64,000 nucleotides of DNA from Octopus sinensis (GCF_006345805.1 NC_042997.1:132742001-132806000); one strand, 5' to 3'. Counted from the stretch's first letter, positions 43,958-57,874 are shown. Notes: generated by a model not told the origin, from the sequence alone. A program made the numbers and translations.

Positions 43958-44178
43958 TTGTTTACTACCCACAAGGGGCTAAACACAGAGGGGACAAACA
44001 AGGACAGACAAACGGATTAAGTCGATTACATCGACCCCAGTGCGTAACTGGTACTTAATTTATCGACCCCGAAAGGATGAAAGGCTAAGTCGACCTCGGT
44101 GGAATTTGAACTCGGAACGAAGGACAGACGAAATACGGCTACGCATTACGCCCGGCGTGCTAACGTTTCTGCCAGCTC
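43955..44178 (-). mobile_element. SINE family A monomer
   Basis: Reverse complement of the 25634 copy. Confidence 0.88.
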
Positions 44179-44338
44179 ATGCACAAATAAAAGAAAAATC
44201 TGACAGAACCCTCAGAATCGCATTACTTAAAATTGTACAGGATTAAGAAAACAGTCTCATCGCTCTGAACGGAAAGCAAGCATCTGAATGATAAGTGTAT
44301 GTGTGTAAGTGTGTATACAGAGGAGATTGATATATATA

Positions 44339-44396
<58 letters not shown>

Positions 44397-44955
44397 TTAT
44401 TATATTATTATGTTTGTTGTATTATTAGAGAGAGAGAGAGAGAGAGAGAGAGGAAGAGAAGAGAGAGAGAGAGAGTGCGCACGTTATAGATTGTCAAGAA
44501 ATCAGTGAAACTTTTATTGGCAGCAGTGGAATAATAGAAAAATTTGATATAGCATATCTAGATATTCAATGCTGACTGTGTTTATTTATTTGCTTATTTG
44601 TTTATACAAGCGAAACACAATGTTGAAAGCGAGCTTATCGAGAAACGCATCGCTTTATTCTAAACATTTGTCGCCTGTTGTGTTTAGTTTGCAAACTGCT
44701 GATAATAACCGACAAAAGACTGACTTTCAAAACGGAAATATATAGAGTAACGGTTATAGAGCTCCCGTAGAGCCTTTTACATATAATACTATATAGTATA
44801 AACGCATACTAATGATTTGAACGTTAGAAAGTTGATGTTATTCAGGTATCCGGTAAAAGAAAAATACACGCTTGGTTTGCTCCTATCGTAGGGGTGATAA
44901 TCCCTTCTGGATTAAATTAATGAAAGGTTAGAAATGGATCTTTTCCTTTTCATGT

Positions 44956-45586
44956 GCAGCTCGATTAATTAATTTTCTTTAAACACTTGGAAACTTCGGA
45001 TAATAGTAGAATGTGTCATATAGAACATCTTTTACCCTTAGCGTTGTTGAGAAAAGTTTCTATTTTTGAAGTTATTTCGTGTTTAAGCTGTAGTATTTCG
45101 GTAATTTCAACCAATCAATGACGTGCATTCAGCTGAATAAAATTACTGCTGTTGTTTGTCAACAACTATCGGCGGTGTATATTTCGTTTGTCACTGTTAT
45201 TTATGACATCGTTTGTGCGTTTATATTAGTTTTAGCTTTTAAAAATTTTACAAGGTTAGGGCTAGGCTTTTAGGCTTAGTGTTTTAGGGTTAGGGTCAGG
45301 ATTTTAGGTTTAAGGCTAAGGTTAGGGTTAGGGTTAAGGTAGGAAAAAAACCTAAAAGCAATAGAAATGCACGAGCGATTATGTTAGTGTCATGAAGTAA
45401 ACATGCTTCAGATACACTCGTTTATTCATACGAACGTAACTGAGATGAAATATGTCTTAAATATCAGTGACTTCGAAAATAGAAACTTTTTTCAACAACG
45501 CTAACAGTAAAAGATGGTCTATATGACACATTCTACCAGTATCCGAAGTTACAAAGTGTTTAGTTAAAGAAAATTAATCGATTTGC
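44956..45586. mobile_element. MITE with ~120-bp TIRs and internal TTAGGG-like repeats
   Basis: TCGATTAATT..TTTCTTTAA..AAACACTT..AACTTCGGATA..GTAGAATGTGTCATATAGA is mirrored at 45470-45586. Degenerate (GGTTAG)n at 45254-45342. Confidence 0.85.
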
Positions 45587-46434
45587 CCATCATCTCTCTT
45601 TTTCTCACTTTCTCTCTCTCTCTTTCGCCTAAACTAATACTTTCTAATACAAGCTAAAGCCTGAAATATTTTGTGGGGATACGGTGTATAGTCAATTAAG
45701 TGGATCCCAGTGTTCATGAGGTACTGTTTTTATGGCCCCCGAAAAAGCAAAAGGCAAAGGATCCTTAGAAATTTGAATTTTGAATCAAAGGTGAAAGAAC
45801 AAGAAGATACACAAAATGTTTAATATTTAATTTTTATCTTACGCCTTATAATCATTTAAAATTTTTCAACTGTTGGTAGCTATATATAGCACCATTTCAT
45901 CATTTAAAAAAAAAAATGTCAGCGCAAGTAGATAACTGTTTTTGTTAATCATCGGTTACATAAGGGAAGATAAAGCAAAGTGCATTTCACCACAGTGAAC
46001 AGCGCCGTTTAAACCTCTTTGTAATTTGCCGAGGTATTAACGAGCAAATGCTAAGTAAATACACTAAATCAGATAATATTAACTAACGGCTAATACAACT
46101 TTTGTTTATAGAGTTAATGCAAGAAATAATTTTCTTGTGAATATATCAGCGAAACCCACATACCAATGTATATATTCCTAAACCGTCTAATAACACATCA
46201 TTGCCTAATGTTGTATATTAGACAGTTTAGGAATATAAAGCTTACTTAGATGGTAAATAATTCATAGATTAATTTTAACATACGTATGATGCATTAAGGC
46301 AATTATGTTGTGAACAAAAAAGAATATTAGTCCTTGACAAATATTTTTTCCGTCAAGTACTGCAGACTTGAATGAATTATTCATATTTGATAGTTTCTGC
46401 GGTTCTTTCGGAGAAATATCGCTTCCTTCAGCCT

Positions 46435-46506
46435 TCCCATGTGGTCTAGTGGTTAGGATTCCTGGCTTTCACCCAGGCGGTCCGGGTTCGATTCCCGGCA
46501 TGGGAA
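46435..46506 (+). tRNA. tRNA-Glu-TTC: tRNA-Glu (TTC)
   Basis: 72 nt. Acceptor TCCCATG/CATGGGA, D arm TGGTCTAGTGGTTAGGATT, anticodon arm CCTGG-CT-TTC-AC-CCAGG, T arm CCGGG-TTCGATT-CCCGG. Confidence 0.95.
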
Positions 46507-46513
46507 CGTTTGG

Positions 46514-46686
46514 TAGGCGTAGGAGTGGCTGTGTGGTAAGTAGCTTGCTTACCAACCACATGGTTCCGGGTTCAGTCCCACTCCGTGGCACTTTGGGCAA
46601 GTGTCTTCTACTATAGTCTCAGGCCGACCAAAGCCTTGTGAGTGGATTTGGTAGACGGAAACTGAAAGAAGCCCATCGTATATATG

Positions 46687-46732
<46 letters not shown>

Positions 46733-46950
46733 CGTGTTTGTGTTTGTGTTTGTGTGTCTGTGTTTGTCCCCCCAACATCGCTTGACAACCGATGCTGGTG
46801 TGTTTACGTCCCCGTAACCTAGCGGTTCGGCAAAAGAAATTGATAGAATAAGTATTAGGCTTACAAAGAATAAGTCATAGGGTCGATTTGCTCGACTAAA
46901 GGCGGTGCTCCAGCATGACCGCAGTCAAATGACTGAAACAAGTAAGAGAG
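46514..46950 (+). mobile_element. SINE family C, full length, directly behind the tRNA
   Basis: Complete head, CORE-like part, microsatellite and tail. Confidence 0.92.
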
Positions 46951-47454
46951 TAGAAGAAATAAAAGAGTTAAAAGACATTTTTATTTTCACTGGTTGCTCT
47001 TGTCAATAAAATCTCAGCAAGTTTCCGTAGTGTCCTCCCCTCTATGCGAATGCGTATGTTGCAGAGTAAGGTCAGCTTGTTTGAATGCGAAACACATGTT
47101 CTATATACTTATCGTTTACAGTTTATCTTTTAATTGCCTCTGTCATTGAGCTGTGGTCATGCTGGGGCAGTGCCTTGTAGAGTTTTCGTTAAACAAATCG
47201 ACAACACTATTTTATTTTTTAAGCCTAATACCTATTTTCTTGGTTTCTGTTGCCGAACCATTAAGTTACAGGGATATAAACAAACCAACGCTGGTTATCA
47301 AGCGGTAGGGGAACAAATACAACCCAATCACAAAGACACGCTCACAAACACACACAGACACACACGTACTCACTCTCTCGCTTTCTTTCTCTTTCTCTCT
47401 CTCTCTCTTTCTCTGTCTGTCTGTCTGTCTCTCCTCTCTCTCACTTAATCTAAT

Positions 47455-47670
47455 CCTTTCTAATACAAGCTAAAGCCTAAAATATTTTGTGGGGATACGG
47501 TGTATAGTCAATTAAGTGGATCCCAGCGGTCATCAGGTACTGTTTTTATGGACCCCGAAAGAGTAAAAGGTAAAGTCGACCTCGGCGGAATTTGAAATCA
47601 GAAAGTAAAGCCGGAAGAAATGCCGCTAAGCATTTTCTCCGACACGGTAACGATTCTGCCAGTTCCCCAA
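47455..47670 (-). mobile_element. Diverged family A SINE, with a paralogous copy at 45640-45790
   Basis: Both copies share the private string AATATTTTGTGGGGATACGGTGTATAGTCAATTAAGTGGATCCCAG. Confidence 0.75.
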
Positions 47671-47704
47671 CTCCTCTCTCTCTCTATCTCTCTTTCCCTC
47701 TTTC

Positions 47705-47740
<36 letters not shown>

Positions 47741-47811
47741 TCTCTCCCTCTCTCTTTCCCTCTCTCCCTCTCTCTCTCCCTTCTCTCTCTCTCTCTCTCC
47801 CTCTCTCTCTT

Positions 47812-47889
<78 letters not shown>

Positions 47890-48090
47890 GTTAATCCAAA
47901 CATGAACAAAAGAATACAGAACAACGCAAGGGCGCGGAACAAGTATAGTGTTATTGGACGATCTGGAAAGGAAAGAAAGAAGGAAGATTTAACGTTTCGA
48001 GCTCTTTGTCAGAAACATAGAAAAAGGAGAGGTCCAAGGAAGGGAAGACGAGAAAGAAAATCGCCAACGATACACACGCGGTCACATATT
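47890..48090 (-). mobile_element. Family E element with collapsed HHR (47987-48016)
   Basis: Reverse complement TTT CTGACAA a GAGCTC GAAA CG TT AAA. Abuts (TA)n. Confidence 0.65.
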
Positions 48091-48174
48091 GAAATGAAAA
48101 CGTGTATGTCACGCGTTTTCAATCCTATTATTCTTCTCTCTCTCTCTCTCGCTCTCTCTCTCTCCATATATTAT

Positions 48175-48217
<43 letters not shown>

Positions 48218-48387
48218 TGTGTGTGTGTGTGTGTGTATATATAATATATATATATATTATATATGTGTGTGTGTGTGTGTTTATATATAATATATATATA
48301 TTTATATATATGGGGATATAGATATTTATATAATAGTGATTGAAAACGTGCGACATACACGTTTGTGCATGAATATATATTGAAATG

Positions 48388-48421
<34 letters not shown>

Positions 48422-48720
48422 GAGAGGGGGGAGAGAGAGAGAGAGAGGAGTTCTAAGTGCAAATTCGGCCGAGTTCGACTTGGACTTTCCTTTCGAGGTT
48501 GATGAATTATGTACCAGTCGATGTAATCGACTTACCCCTCCTCCGAAATTTGAAACTAATATATACACAGTGACGATAAGCCAGTTACTGTAGTATTTGT
48601 CCTCAGGTATCATCTCTCATCGAATTGCTTCGTTTTAATAACACAATAATGTAATATAAATATCAGAGAAAGACGAAAGTTTTTCTCAGTAACAACCAGT
48701 GAGAGCACCGGATAATATTT

Positions 48721-48820
48721 TGGCTTTTTTCGGGCCTTTTCGATTTTTGCGAGCATTTTGGGGCTTTTTGGAACCTTTTAGAGCCTTTTCAGGCTTTTGT
48801 GAGCCTTTTCGAGCATTTTC
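48721..48820. repeat. 10-bp degenerate minisatellite (GAGCCTTTTC)n
   Basis: About 10 units seen directly. Confidence 0.8.
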
Positions 48821-49780
48821 AACGAATCGTATTCGTATGGGAATTCATCGCCTCTGATGTAGGAAAAAACCCAAATAAAGCGTTCTAAAGCTGCGAATAA
48901 CCGCCCAGGTGAATAAAAGTCCGAATTTTTGTCTCCCTCTGATACTTATTACCTTTTATTTTTACACAGCACGTCCATAAGAAATATTATGTTAGAAGAA
49001 ATACAGCAGTAACTGGACTATCTTCAATATGTATACAATAAGTGTGTTACATAGCTGGCTATTTTAATTAATACTGTTTCACTTGCGTATACAGAGCATT
49101 TAAAACCTAGTATTATATTATTTAATATGTGCCCAATGTCACTGTATAACAAGATTATGCAATAACATCATTTATCGGTGCCTATCGATATTTTTTGAAC
49201 ATTTATATCCCTGTGCAACAATATAAAGCTGATGAGGCCCAATACAGCAGCAACGTACGCAGTTATGTCCCTTAACTGCTTGTAAAAAGCGCAATGTTTG
49301 CTAACTGCTAATAACCTTTCTTCTCATATCGACATTTAATACTACAGTAGTTGTATTTGATGCTCACAATACTGGAAATAATCAAGCCCTATTATCTCTT
49401 TACTCACTTCCATTTACAGCCTGAGATCCAGTTCACTCGGGAACAATATTCATTGTCACATTTCATGAAGATCGATTAAATAAGTCACATGTTGGTATGA
49501 ACTGAGCTTTTTCTGAAATTACTGTACATGTACAATTGAATGAAATCGATACATTTATTTCAATAACTGATTGCCATCAGGATTAGAACATGCATATAAC
49601 AACTGAGGATTTGGTGGGGAGGGTTTCAGTCATACCGTAGATGTTAACACGTGTGTGCAGTTATACACACAAACACACACACACGAACACATATATACAC
49701 ACCATACTCTATACGCACATGCATATACGTTTGTATGTATTTTTGTATGTCTGTATATATGTTTATGTGAGTGTATGTGT

Positions 49781-49938
49781 TGTAGGAGTGGCTGTGTGGT
49801 AAGTAGCTTGCTTACGAACCACATGGTTCCGGGTTCAGTCCCACTGCGTGGCACCTTGGGCAAGTATATCTACTATAGCCTCGGGCCGACCAAAGCCTTG
49901 TGAGAGGATTTCGCAGACGGAAACTGAAAAAGCCCGTC

Positions 49939-49986
<48 letters not shown>

Positions 49987-50280
49987 TATCTATATATCTA
50001 CATATATATATTATGTATGTATGTATGTATGTATGTAGGTATGTAGTATGTATGTAAGTGTGTGTATATGCTTGTGCGTCTGTGTTTGTCCCCGTAACAT
50101 CGCTTGACAACCGATGCTGTTGTGTTTATGTCCCCGCAACTTAGCGGTTCGGCAAAAGAGATCGATAGAATGAGTACTAGGCTTACTAAGGATAAGTCCT
50201 GGACTCGATTTTCTCGACTAAAAGCGGTGCTCCAGCATGGCAACAGTCAAATGCCTGAAACAAGTAAAAGAATAAAGGAA
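49781..50280 (+). mobile_element. SINE family C
   Basis: Matches the 46514 copy, with an expanded internal microsatellite. Confidence 0.9.
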
Positions 50281-50748
50281 TACAAGAATATGTATATATA
50301 TATGTGTGTGTGTGTGTGTGTATATGTATGTATGTGCGTGTGTGTGCGTGTGTATGCACACACAATATACACAGGTAATCTATATTATTGAACATAACGT
50401 TGATTGCTTCAGATAAATCAATCCATTTTGGTTAACAGCTGTGAAAGCCAGGTATAAACTATACAAGAGGGATATGGTAGCTCTGCATTTATTGCAAAAC
50501 ACAACTACATGTGAGTGAGTGCCAATGAATATTTGCAGCACGCTAATAAATTTATAGCATGCAAAATAATTAAAGTTTGTTTCCATTGCAATAATCAATC
50601 GAGTGCTACAAGGTTTGTTATGCTACAAGGTTTGTTTTTTAATTTATTCGAGGCTGAAACTTAAATCTGCATCAGCATTTGTTTTAAAGCTTCCGTTTCC
50701 GTTTCTTTTGTTTGTCGCTGTCGAGAACGAAAATGAGAAGCTCAGAGT

Positions 50749-50818
<70 letters not shown>

Positions 50819-51039
50819 CTCGTTTTCTGCTTTCAGGTCATGAGTAACTCTACAAACATAGAATGAACAGTTTTCTTCTAACTGTAAATTTAGACGCATA
50901 CATGCATGCATGCATCCATCCATCCATCCATCCATCCACGCATGCATGCACGCACACACACACACACATATACACGCACATACATACATGCATACACAAA
51001 CACAGATATGCATATATGTTATATATATTATTTATAGTG

Positions 51040-51265
51040 GTGGAGGCGCGTGGCTTATTGGTTAGGGCGTCATCAGCACCATGATCGATCCCTGGACCGG
51101 GCGACGCGTTGTGTTCTTGAGCAAAACACTTCATTTCACGTTGCTCCAGTCCACTCAGCTGGCAAAAATTAGTAACGCTGCGATGGACTGGCATCCCGTC
51201 CAGCTGGGGAGCACATACGGGAAACGGGGCCCATGAGGCTGGTTTAGGCTTTAAAAAGGGCGCAA
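51040..51265 (+). mobile_element. SINE with family D head/middle and V-like tail
   Basis: CACGTTGCTCCAGTCCACTCAGCTG followed by CTGCGATGGACTGGCATCCCGTCCAG. Confidence 0.82.
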
Positions 51266-51346
51266 TTTGAAAACAATTTTGTATATTAGTTATATATCTT
51301 GGATACATACACACACACCCGCACATATAATATATATATATATATA

Positions 51347-51396
<50 letters not shown>

Positions 51397-51397
51397 A

Positions 51398-52275
51398 TTG
51401 GGTCATCCTATAAATAATGCGGCTTTTTCAATTGCATGAACTAAAAGACGGAGGGGGATGGGATAAACTAACTGCATCAACTTGCTATAAAAGCAGGTAG
51501 TTTTGAAGAGTGCAGTTCGATTTTAAGTTATTTTTTCAAAGCTATAATGGAAGTGACAGAAAAGCATATTCGGCATATTTTGCTTTATGAGTTCAATAAA
51601 GGCAACAACGCACCGGCAACTGCAAGGAATATTAATGTAGTATATCGGGATCGGACAATAAGCGTAAGCCAGTGTCAACGGTGGTTCCAGAACTTCCGAG
51701 CCGGAAACTACAACCTAGAAGACGAGACTCAACCTGGAAAATCTGTAGAGCACGACGAGAACGTCCTGCAAACTCTGGTGGAAAAAAATCCCATTGTAAC
51801 TGTTGGGGAACTAACAGAGAAGCTTGGATTTGGTATTTCAACCAGTCACTCAGGTCAGCGCTAGAAGAAAAATTACAATCTTTGGTTTCAAGACAAAAGG
51901 TGTAATGCGCGGCCACATACAGCGAGGATGATATTCCAAAGGGTGGCGCAGTTTGAATGGGAAATGATGCCCTAAGTAGGATATTCGCTGGATATTACCC
52001 CAATCTGGTTATCATTTATTTCGCAGTTTTCAAAATCATTTGGACGAAAAAGGTATGAATTCTGTAGACGAGGTCAGAACAGTAGTGGAAGAGTATTTTT
52101 CGTCACGAACAAGTGTTATTTGGAAGAGGAGACTTGTACGTCTACGAGATAGCTGAAGATCATTGCAGAAAGTGAAAGAGAGTATATTTTAGATTAAAAA
52201 AGAACTTTGTTTATCTAAATTTTGAAAAATGAAAGAAGTATAAAAAAAAACCGTATTATTTATAGGATGAACCAA
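51398..52275 (+). mobile_element. Internally deleted mariner (second subfamily), transposase pseudogene from 51547
   Basis: TIRs TTGGGTCATCCTATAAATAAT / ATTATTTATAGGATGAACCAA in (TA)n. HTH ORF HIRHILLYEFNKG..QRWFQNFRAGNYNLED, with downstream NARPHT and YSLDI remnants. Confidence 0.92.
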
Positions 52276-52286
52276 TATATATACAT

Positions 52287-52321
<35 letters not shown>

Positions 52322-52347
52322 AGATATATAAATAAATAATATACATA

Positions 52348-52382
<35 letters not shown>

Positions 52383-52417
52383 ATCTCTCTGTCTGTATGT
52401 CTGGGTTTCCATCTCTA

Positions 52418-52507
<90 letters not shown>

Positions 52508-52782
52508 AGTATAGAGTGGTTGTAATCTAGATGCAGGCCTAGCTGTTGGGGGTGGCTGCTCTTCGTAAATATATAAGGACACAGGAAATGTGTCAAGGCC
52601 GACAGAAAGCGTCTATGCTTCCTAGGGCTAAACAGCGGTGGTGTAATTCCCTTACAGGACTGTCACGTTAAGTTGACAGTATACAACCACTCTATCGCTC
52701 CACCACCGTACATATCTCTATGAGATATTTAGAAACTTAATATTTCTGATTATATAAGTATATATATATGTATATATATATG

Positions 52783-52853
<71 letters not shown>

Positions 52854-53617
52854 CATTTATATATTACTCTTTTTATGTCAGCTTTTTGTTTCAGGAGACT
52901 TGCATGAGTAACAGGCTTGCTGCCTGCAGCCTGTAGTATCATACGATCTATTCTTTTCAACTATCTAATACATTCTTGAATATTCTGGCCGTGACAAGCC
53001 TTTTGTAACAGACGCATATTTATAAGTATATTTTATATCCGTGCGAATGCTGATGTAATATCTTTTATAAAAGTAATAAAATTATGAAACAAGTGTAAGC
53101 GAATTAAACATACTTCTATTCTCTCACCTACGTTTACTCTGTCACCTCACATTATTTATGAGTTCCATTCATATACGTTCTTTCCACCATTGAATATTCT
53201 CGATCTTCAGAACGGCGAAGGTGAATCCTAACCTCAACCACTGACATTCTTGTTAGCCATTCCTTTGTCTCATACCTTTGGCTCGAATTTTCGAATCCGT
53301 GAGCTAGTAATACAAACTAAAAAGAGACAACAGAAAACGGAAAAATACGTGAAAATCGAGAAGGTAAATGTAATATATTTATATATATATTTATATATAT
53401 ATGTTGTAATAAAAGTAGGAAGAAAATTTAGATTATCCCCATGTGGAGAATTGTAATGCATATATATAAACGAAGGAAAATGCACACAGTTTATATAGTT
53501 TTAATATATTTTAAATGAAAGAGTATTGTGGTTGTCAACCAGTTTCGCTTTTGCTAACCATGAGATTGAAATTGTTGTGTTTTCCTATTTTACATACGCA
53601 CATGCACACATTCCTTT

Positions 53618-53968
53618 ATTTGTTTGTCATTTGACTGCGGTCATGTTAGAGTACAGCCTTAAAGGGGATTTTTAGTTGAAAAAAGTCTACCCCAGGACTT
53701 ATTCTTAGTAAGCCTAGTACTGATTTTATCGGGCTCTGCCAAACCGCTAATTTACGGTAACGTAAGCACACAAACATCGGTTGTCAAGCGATGGTGGGGT
53801 GACAAACACAGACACACACGTTATATATATATTTCCGTATACCAAAAATCCACTTACAAGGCTTTGGCCAGCTGGCAGCTATAATAGAATACACTTGCCC
53901 AAGTTGCTACGCAGTAGGACTGAAACCGTGTCGTCGGTAAGCATGCTCCTTATCACACAGCCATACCT
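53618..53968 (-). mobile_element. Diverged SINE family C
   Basis: Similar to the 33218 copy. Confidence 0.75.
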
Positions 53969-56199
53969 ATACATAAATAGTTATAGAACACACACACACA
54001 CACACACTCACACACACACACATACACACATACACATACATATATATATGCACATGATGCATATGTATACATATATATATATTACATACTGATGCAGTTA
54101 TATATATATATATATATATTATGCTATTGCAAATATAACCTGTCAATAAATTCAAGTGGAATATTAAGTTTATTTTCACAAGAAAAAAATTATTTTTTTT
54201 TTAAATGGTTGACATTTACTTCGAAGATTGGCCTATCATTTCTTTGTCAATCTGTTTCATGACACCACGATCGGTGAAAACTGGAAGACGCTGTCAAACA
54301 CTGCCTTGCAAATTTGTAAAAAATGAATAGCCCCATTCTCTCTCTCTCTTCCTGCCTTTCCCTCTCACTCTTTTCTACACACACTCAAACACACAGATAC
54401 GCACATACACACACAGACACACACACAGACACACAGACAGACAGACACACACACATCACGCTTCATACACAGTACACATACGCACATACACTTACATTTA
54501 TAAGCCGATGATTGCGTTCTTCGTTACGAAGTACTTCTTGCTCGATTTGATCTTCCGGACAATAAGAGAAGCGAGTAGTGTCCGAATAAATCAACACCTT
54601 CCTACAAGTAAATATATTCTATAAAATCTATTGTGTACCCCTCCCGTTGTTAAAGGTGTTCGTTCGTGTATACATGTTTGCATTAGTGTATATATATAGG
54701 TGGACAGAATCTAGTGTTAGTCGATGATATATGACGATTGTGTCGAAAGCTATAACATATTTGTTTTTATAGTACGTCGTTTGTTGCGTATGTGCATGTA
54801 TATCGAAAATTTGTGAGTAGGTGTCAGTATATACTTTAGCAAACTATCCTTTATATTCTCCATGACAGAGTTGTAACACAGCTATATAATATTGTATATC
54901 TGTATGTGTGTGCCTGTGCGCTATGAGTGTGTGTACGTGTGTGTGCATACGTATAGATAGGTAGATGAATAGATATATAATAATCATATATGTATAGATA
55001 TGAATACAAATATAGAAATAGATATGTATATATGTATATATATAGATACAGATATAGATATTTACGTTTATATATTATATACATATATATATGGGGGGGG
55101 GTGCATATACATACACACATAGGCATTTGTATATACATACATGTTCGTGTATTTCTGTATTGTTATCACTTGATTAGAACAATGGTAACGGTGAGAAAGA
55201 GAGAGAGAAAAAGAAAGAAATGGGTTTTTTTCCGTCTCAATATGGGTGATGCTTATTGATTCTTACTCCAATCAACAGAACTAAACTATTGGCTTGGATC
55301 CAAACATGTCCAATCGACTAAAAAAAAAAAGAAAAACAAAAGAAAAAAAAACGAAAATAATAACGAAAACCGAAAACAAACGAGATCAATGCGTTATCTA
55401 AGGCTGTATAGATATTTTGTCAATATCTATAACAGCCATCTTCCCGCGCTATAAAATTCCATTGCCATTAATAAATGCGACCAGTTGTCGACATGTCTCT
55501 AAAATATTTGCCTAATAACATCAGCAACAACAACAGCAACAACAACAGTGACGACAATAGCAAGAACAAGAACATCATTAATAATCTCGATGCCAGTAAC
55601 AATACTAAATATGTCTTATGTGTAACACAATGTCTGCTGGGAGCAGTAAAGAAGTAACTGTCTATTTCCAAAAGAGATTGCTTCGAATTCCTATTATAGA
55701 AAAAAGAAGCAGTGACTTATGCAAAATAAGAAGAAGAATAGCGTAACAGGAAAACTGGAAAACAGTAGTTATATGCAGGCTCTAACAATTCCACGAAAGA
55801 AGATTAATTCAAATACCTGTTATTGAAAATACAAAAGTCGACTTAAATAAAGTGCAAGATGAATAGCTTAACGGGTTAAAGTAGAAAAGTGTCGCTATAT
55901 GCAGGATGTAACCATTGCAAGAAGTTGTTTGATGCTCTCAAAACAACCTATGAACTAATCAAGTGTAATTTGGTTTGCTTTGATCTTTGATCAACTGATC
56001 TTCCAACATACGTTTAAGTATATAAAGACAGAATTTCAACGATGTTGGATAGAATATTTTAACAAACTTCTGAATACTTCTGTTGTATAGTGAAGTTTTA
56101 ATACAATCAACTTATATTCCTGTAAAGGAACCAAAGAGGTTTATAGATTCAATTTCTTCGTAACACGCACAGAATGTTGATGTGTGTAAATGTGTATGT

Positions 56200-56248
<49 letters not shown>

Positions 56249-56624
56249 CGCGGGTTTATCCTACCATCGCGTGATAAGCGTAACTTAGCCGTACGTCAGA
56301 AGAGATTGATGCAATAAATCCCAGGCTTCAGTACGGAAATCGATTTGCTCGAGACTAAATCATTCTAGGCGGTGTCCCAGCATGGATGCATTCGAAATAC
56401 GGAAACAAGTAATTGCTATAAGAAAAGATATACAAAAGATATGCATGCATTTATATATAACATGTGAGAAAATAGAAAGAAAATGAAATTCATGAGATTC
56501 TACATTAAACACTACGATCGCTTCGACCCATCCCGCAGCGATCTACCGCGTGTTAGACGCTGTAGAAATAGATGTGGTGCATCATTTAGTGCAGATGTGT
56601 TTCGTCAGATGACTTGGCGAAAGG

Positions 56625-56975
56625 TCCCTGCGTGGCACCTTGGGCATGTGTCTTCTGCTATAGTCTCGGACCGACCAAAGTTTGTGAGTGGATTTGGTTG
56701 ACGGAAACTGAAAGAAACCCCTCGTATATATATATATACAAATGTATATATGTATGTATATGTTTGTGTGTCTCTGTTCGTCCTTGCACTATCGCCTGAC
56801 AACCGATGTTGCTGTATTTTCACCCCCGTAACTTAGTGGTTCGGCAATAGAAAAGAGTCCGATAGAATAAGTACTAGGCTTACAAAGAATAAGTCCTGGG
56901 GTCGATTTGTTCGACTAAAGGCGGTGCTCCAGCATGGACGCAGTCAAACGACTGAAACCAATAAAAGAGTAAAAG
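56625..56975 (+). mobile_element. 5'-truncated SINE family C
   Basis: CTGCGTGGCACCTTGGGCA...GGCGGTGCTCCAGCATG. Confidence 0.85.
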
Positions 56976-57070
56976 AGTATATATATAAATTTTATATATG
57001 TATGTATTATATATTATATATTATATATATGTATGTATACACACACTCACACACACACACCACACACACA

Positions 57071-57124
<54 letters not shown>

Positions 57125-57139
57125 GTATATGTACTATCT

Positions 57140-57362
57140 ATAAAAGTAATATGTGACAATTATTCGGTAGCCATGATAAAACTCCGAGTTTCGGAAAAAC
57201 TTTTTCCGATGGCCAGATAACTGAAGAGATGGCAGCGTGGATTTCCACCTCGGCATCCGAAACTCGGAGTTTTATCATAGCTACTGAATAATTGTCACAT
57301 ATAAATTCCTCTACATAATATCGGGGTCTCTTTCATTCTTTTATTGTCTACCATTTTTATCA
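57140..57362 (+). mobile_element. Solo PLE pLTR with inverted 5' copy
   Basis: 57150-57195 is the reverse complement of 57256-57301. Homologous to the pLTR at 59320-59415. TA-rich flanks. Confidence 0.82.
57216..57276 (+). ncRNA. Type I hammerhead
   Basis: GATAA CTGAAGA GATG..GTGGAttTCCAC..CATC c GAAA CTCgGAG TT TTATC. Confidence 0.8.
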
Positions 57363-57812
57363 ATATATATGTATATTACACATATATAATATACATACAT
57401 TTATATATATATTTTTTATATAATAGATTATATATACATACACACATATGTGTGTGTATGTATGTATGCATGTGCGACAATATATATATACAAGTATATC
57501 ATATCTAAAAGTCCAAGCCTGAAAATGAAGAAAAATTGAGAAAGCAGGTAGAATGGAAGTACAGGAAAGAATAACAGTCTCGAGTTAATATGTGTTTATA
57601 GGATTTTGCTTTTCATCTTGTCGGAATCGATGAAATAGGTAGCAGTGAAGCACTGGAGTCAATTTAATCAAGTTACTCCTTCCCCAGAAATTACTGGCGT
57701 TGTGCTAAAACTTGAAATCAATAATGATGGCATAAGTTGAGAAGGGTGTGCAAGGGTGTATGCGTGTGTCTGTGTGTGCATGCATGCATGTGTGTGTATG
57801 TGTGGTGTGTGT

Positions 57813-57874
<62 letters not shown>

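Noticed and set aside
49226-49264. CTGATGAGGCCCAATACAGCAGCAACGTACGCAG
   Set aside because: It resembles a decayed hammerhead, but GAAA and stem II are broken, so it was not counted.
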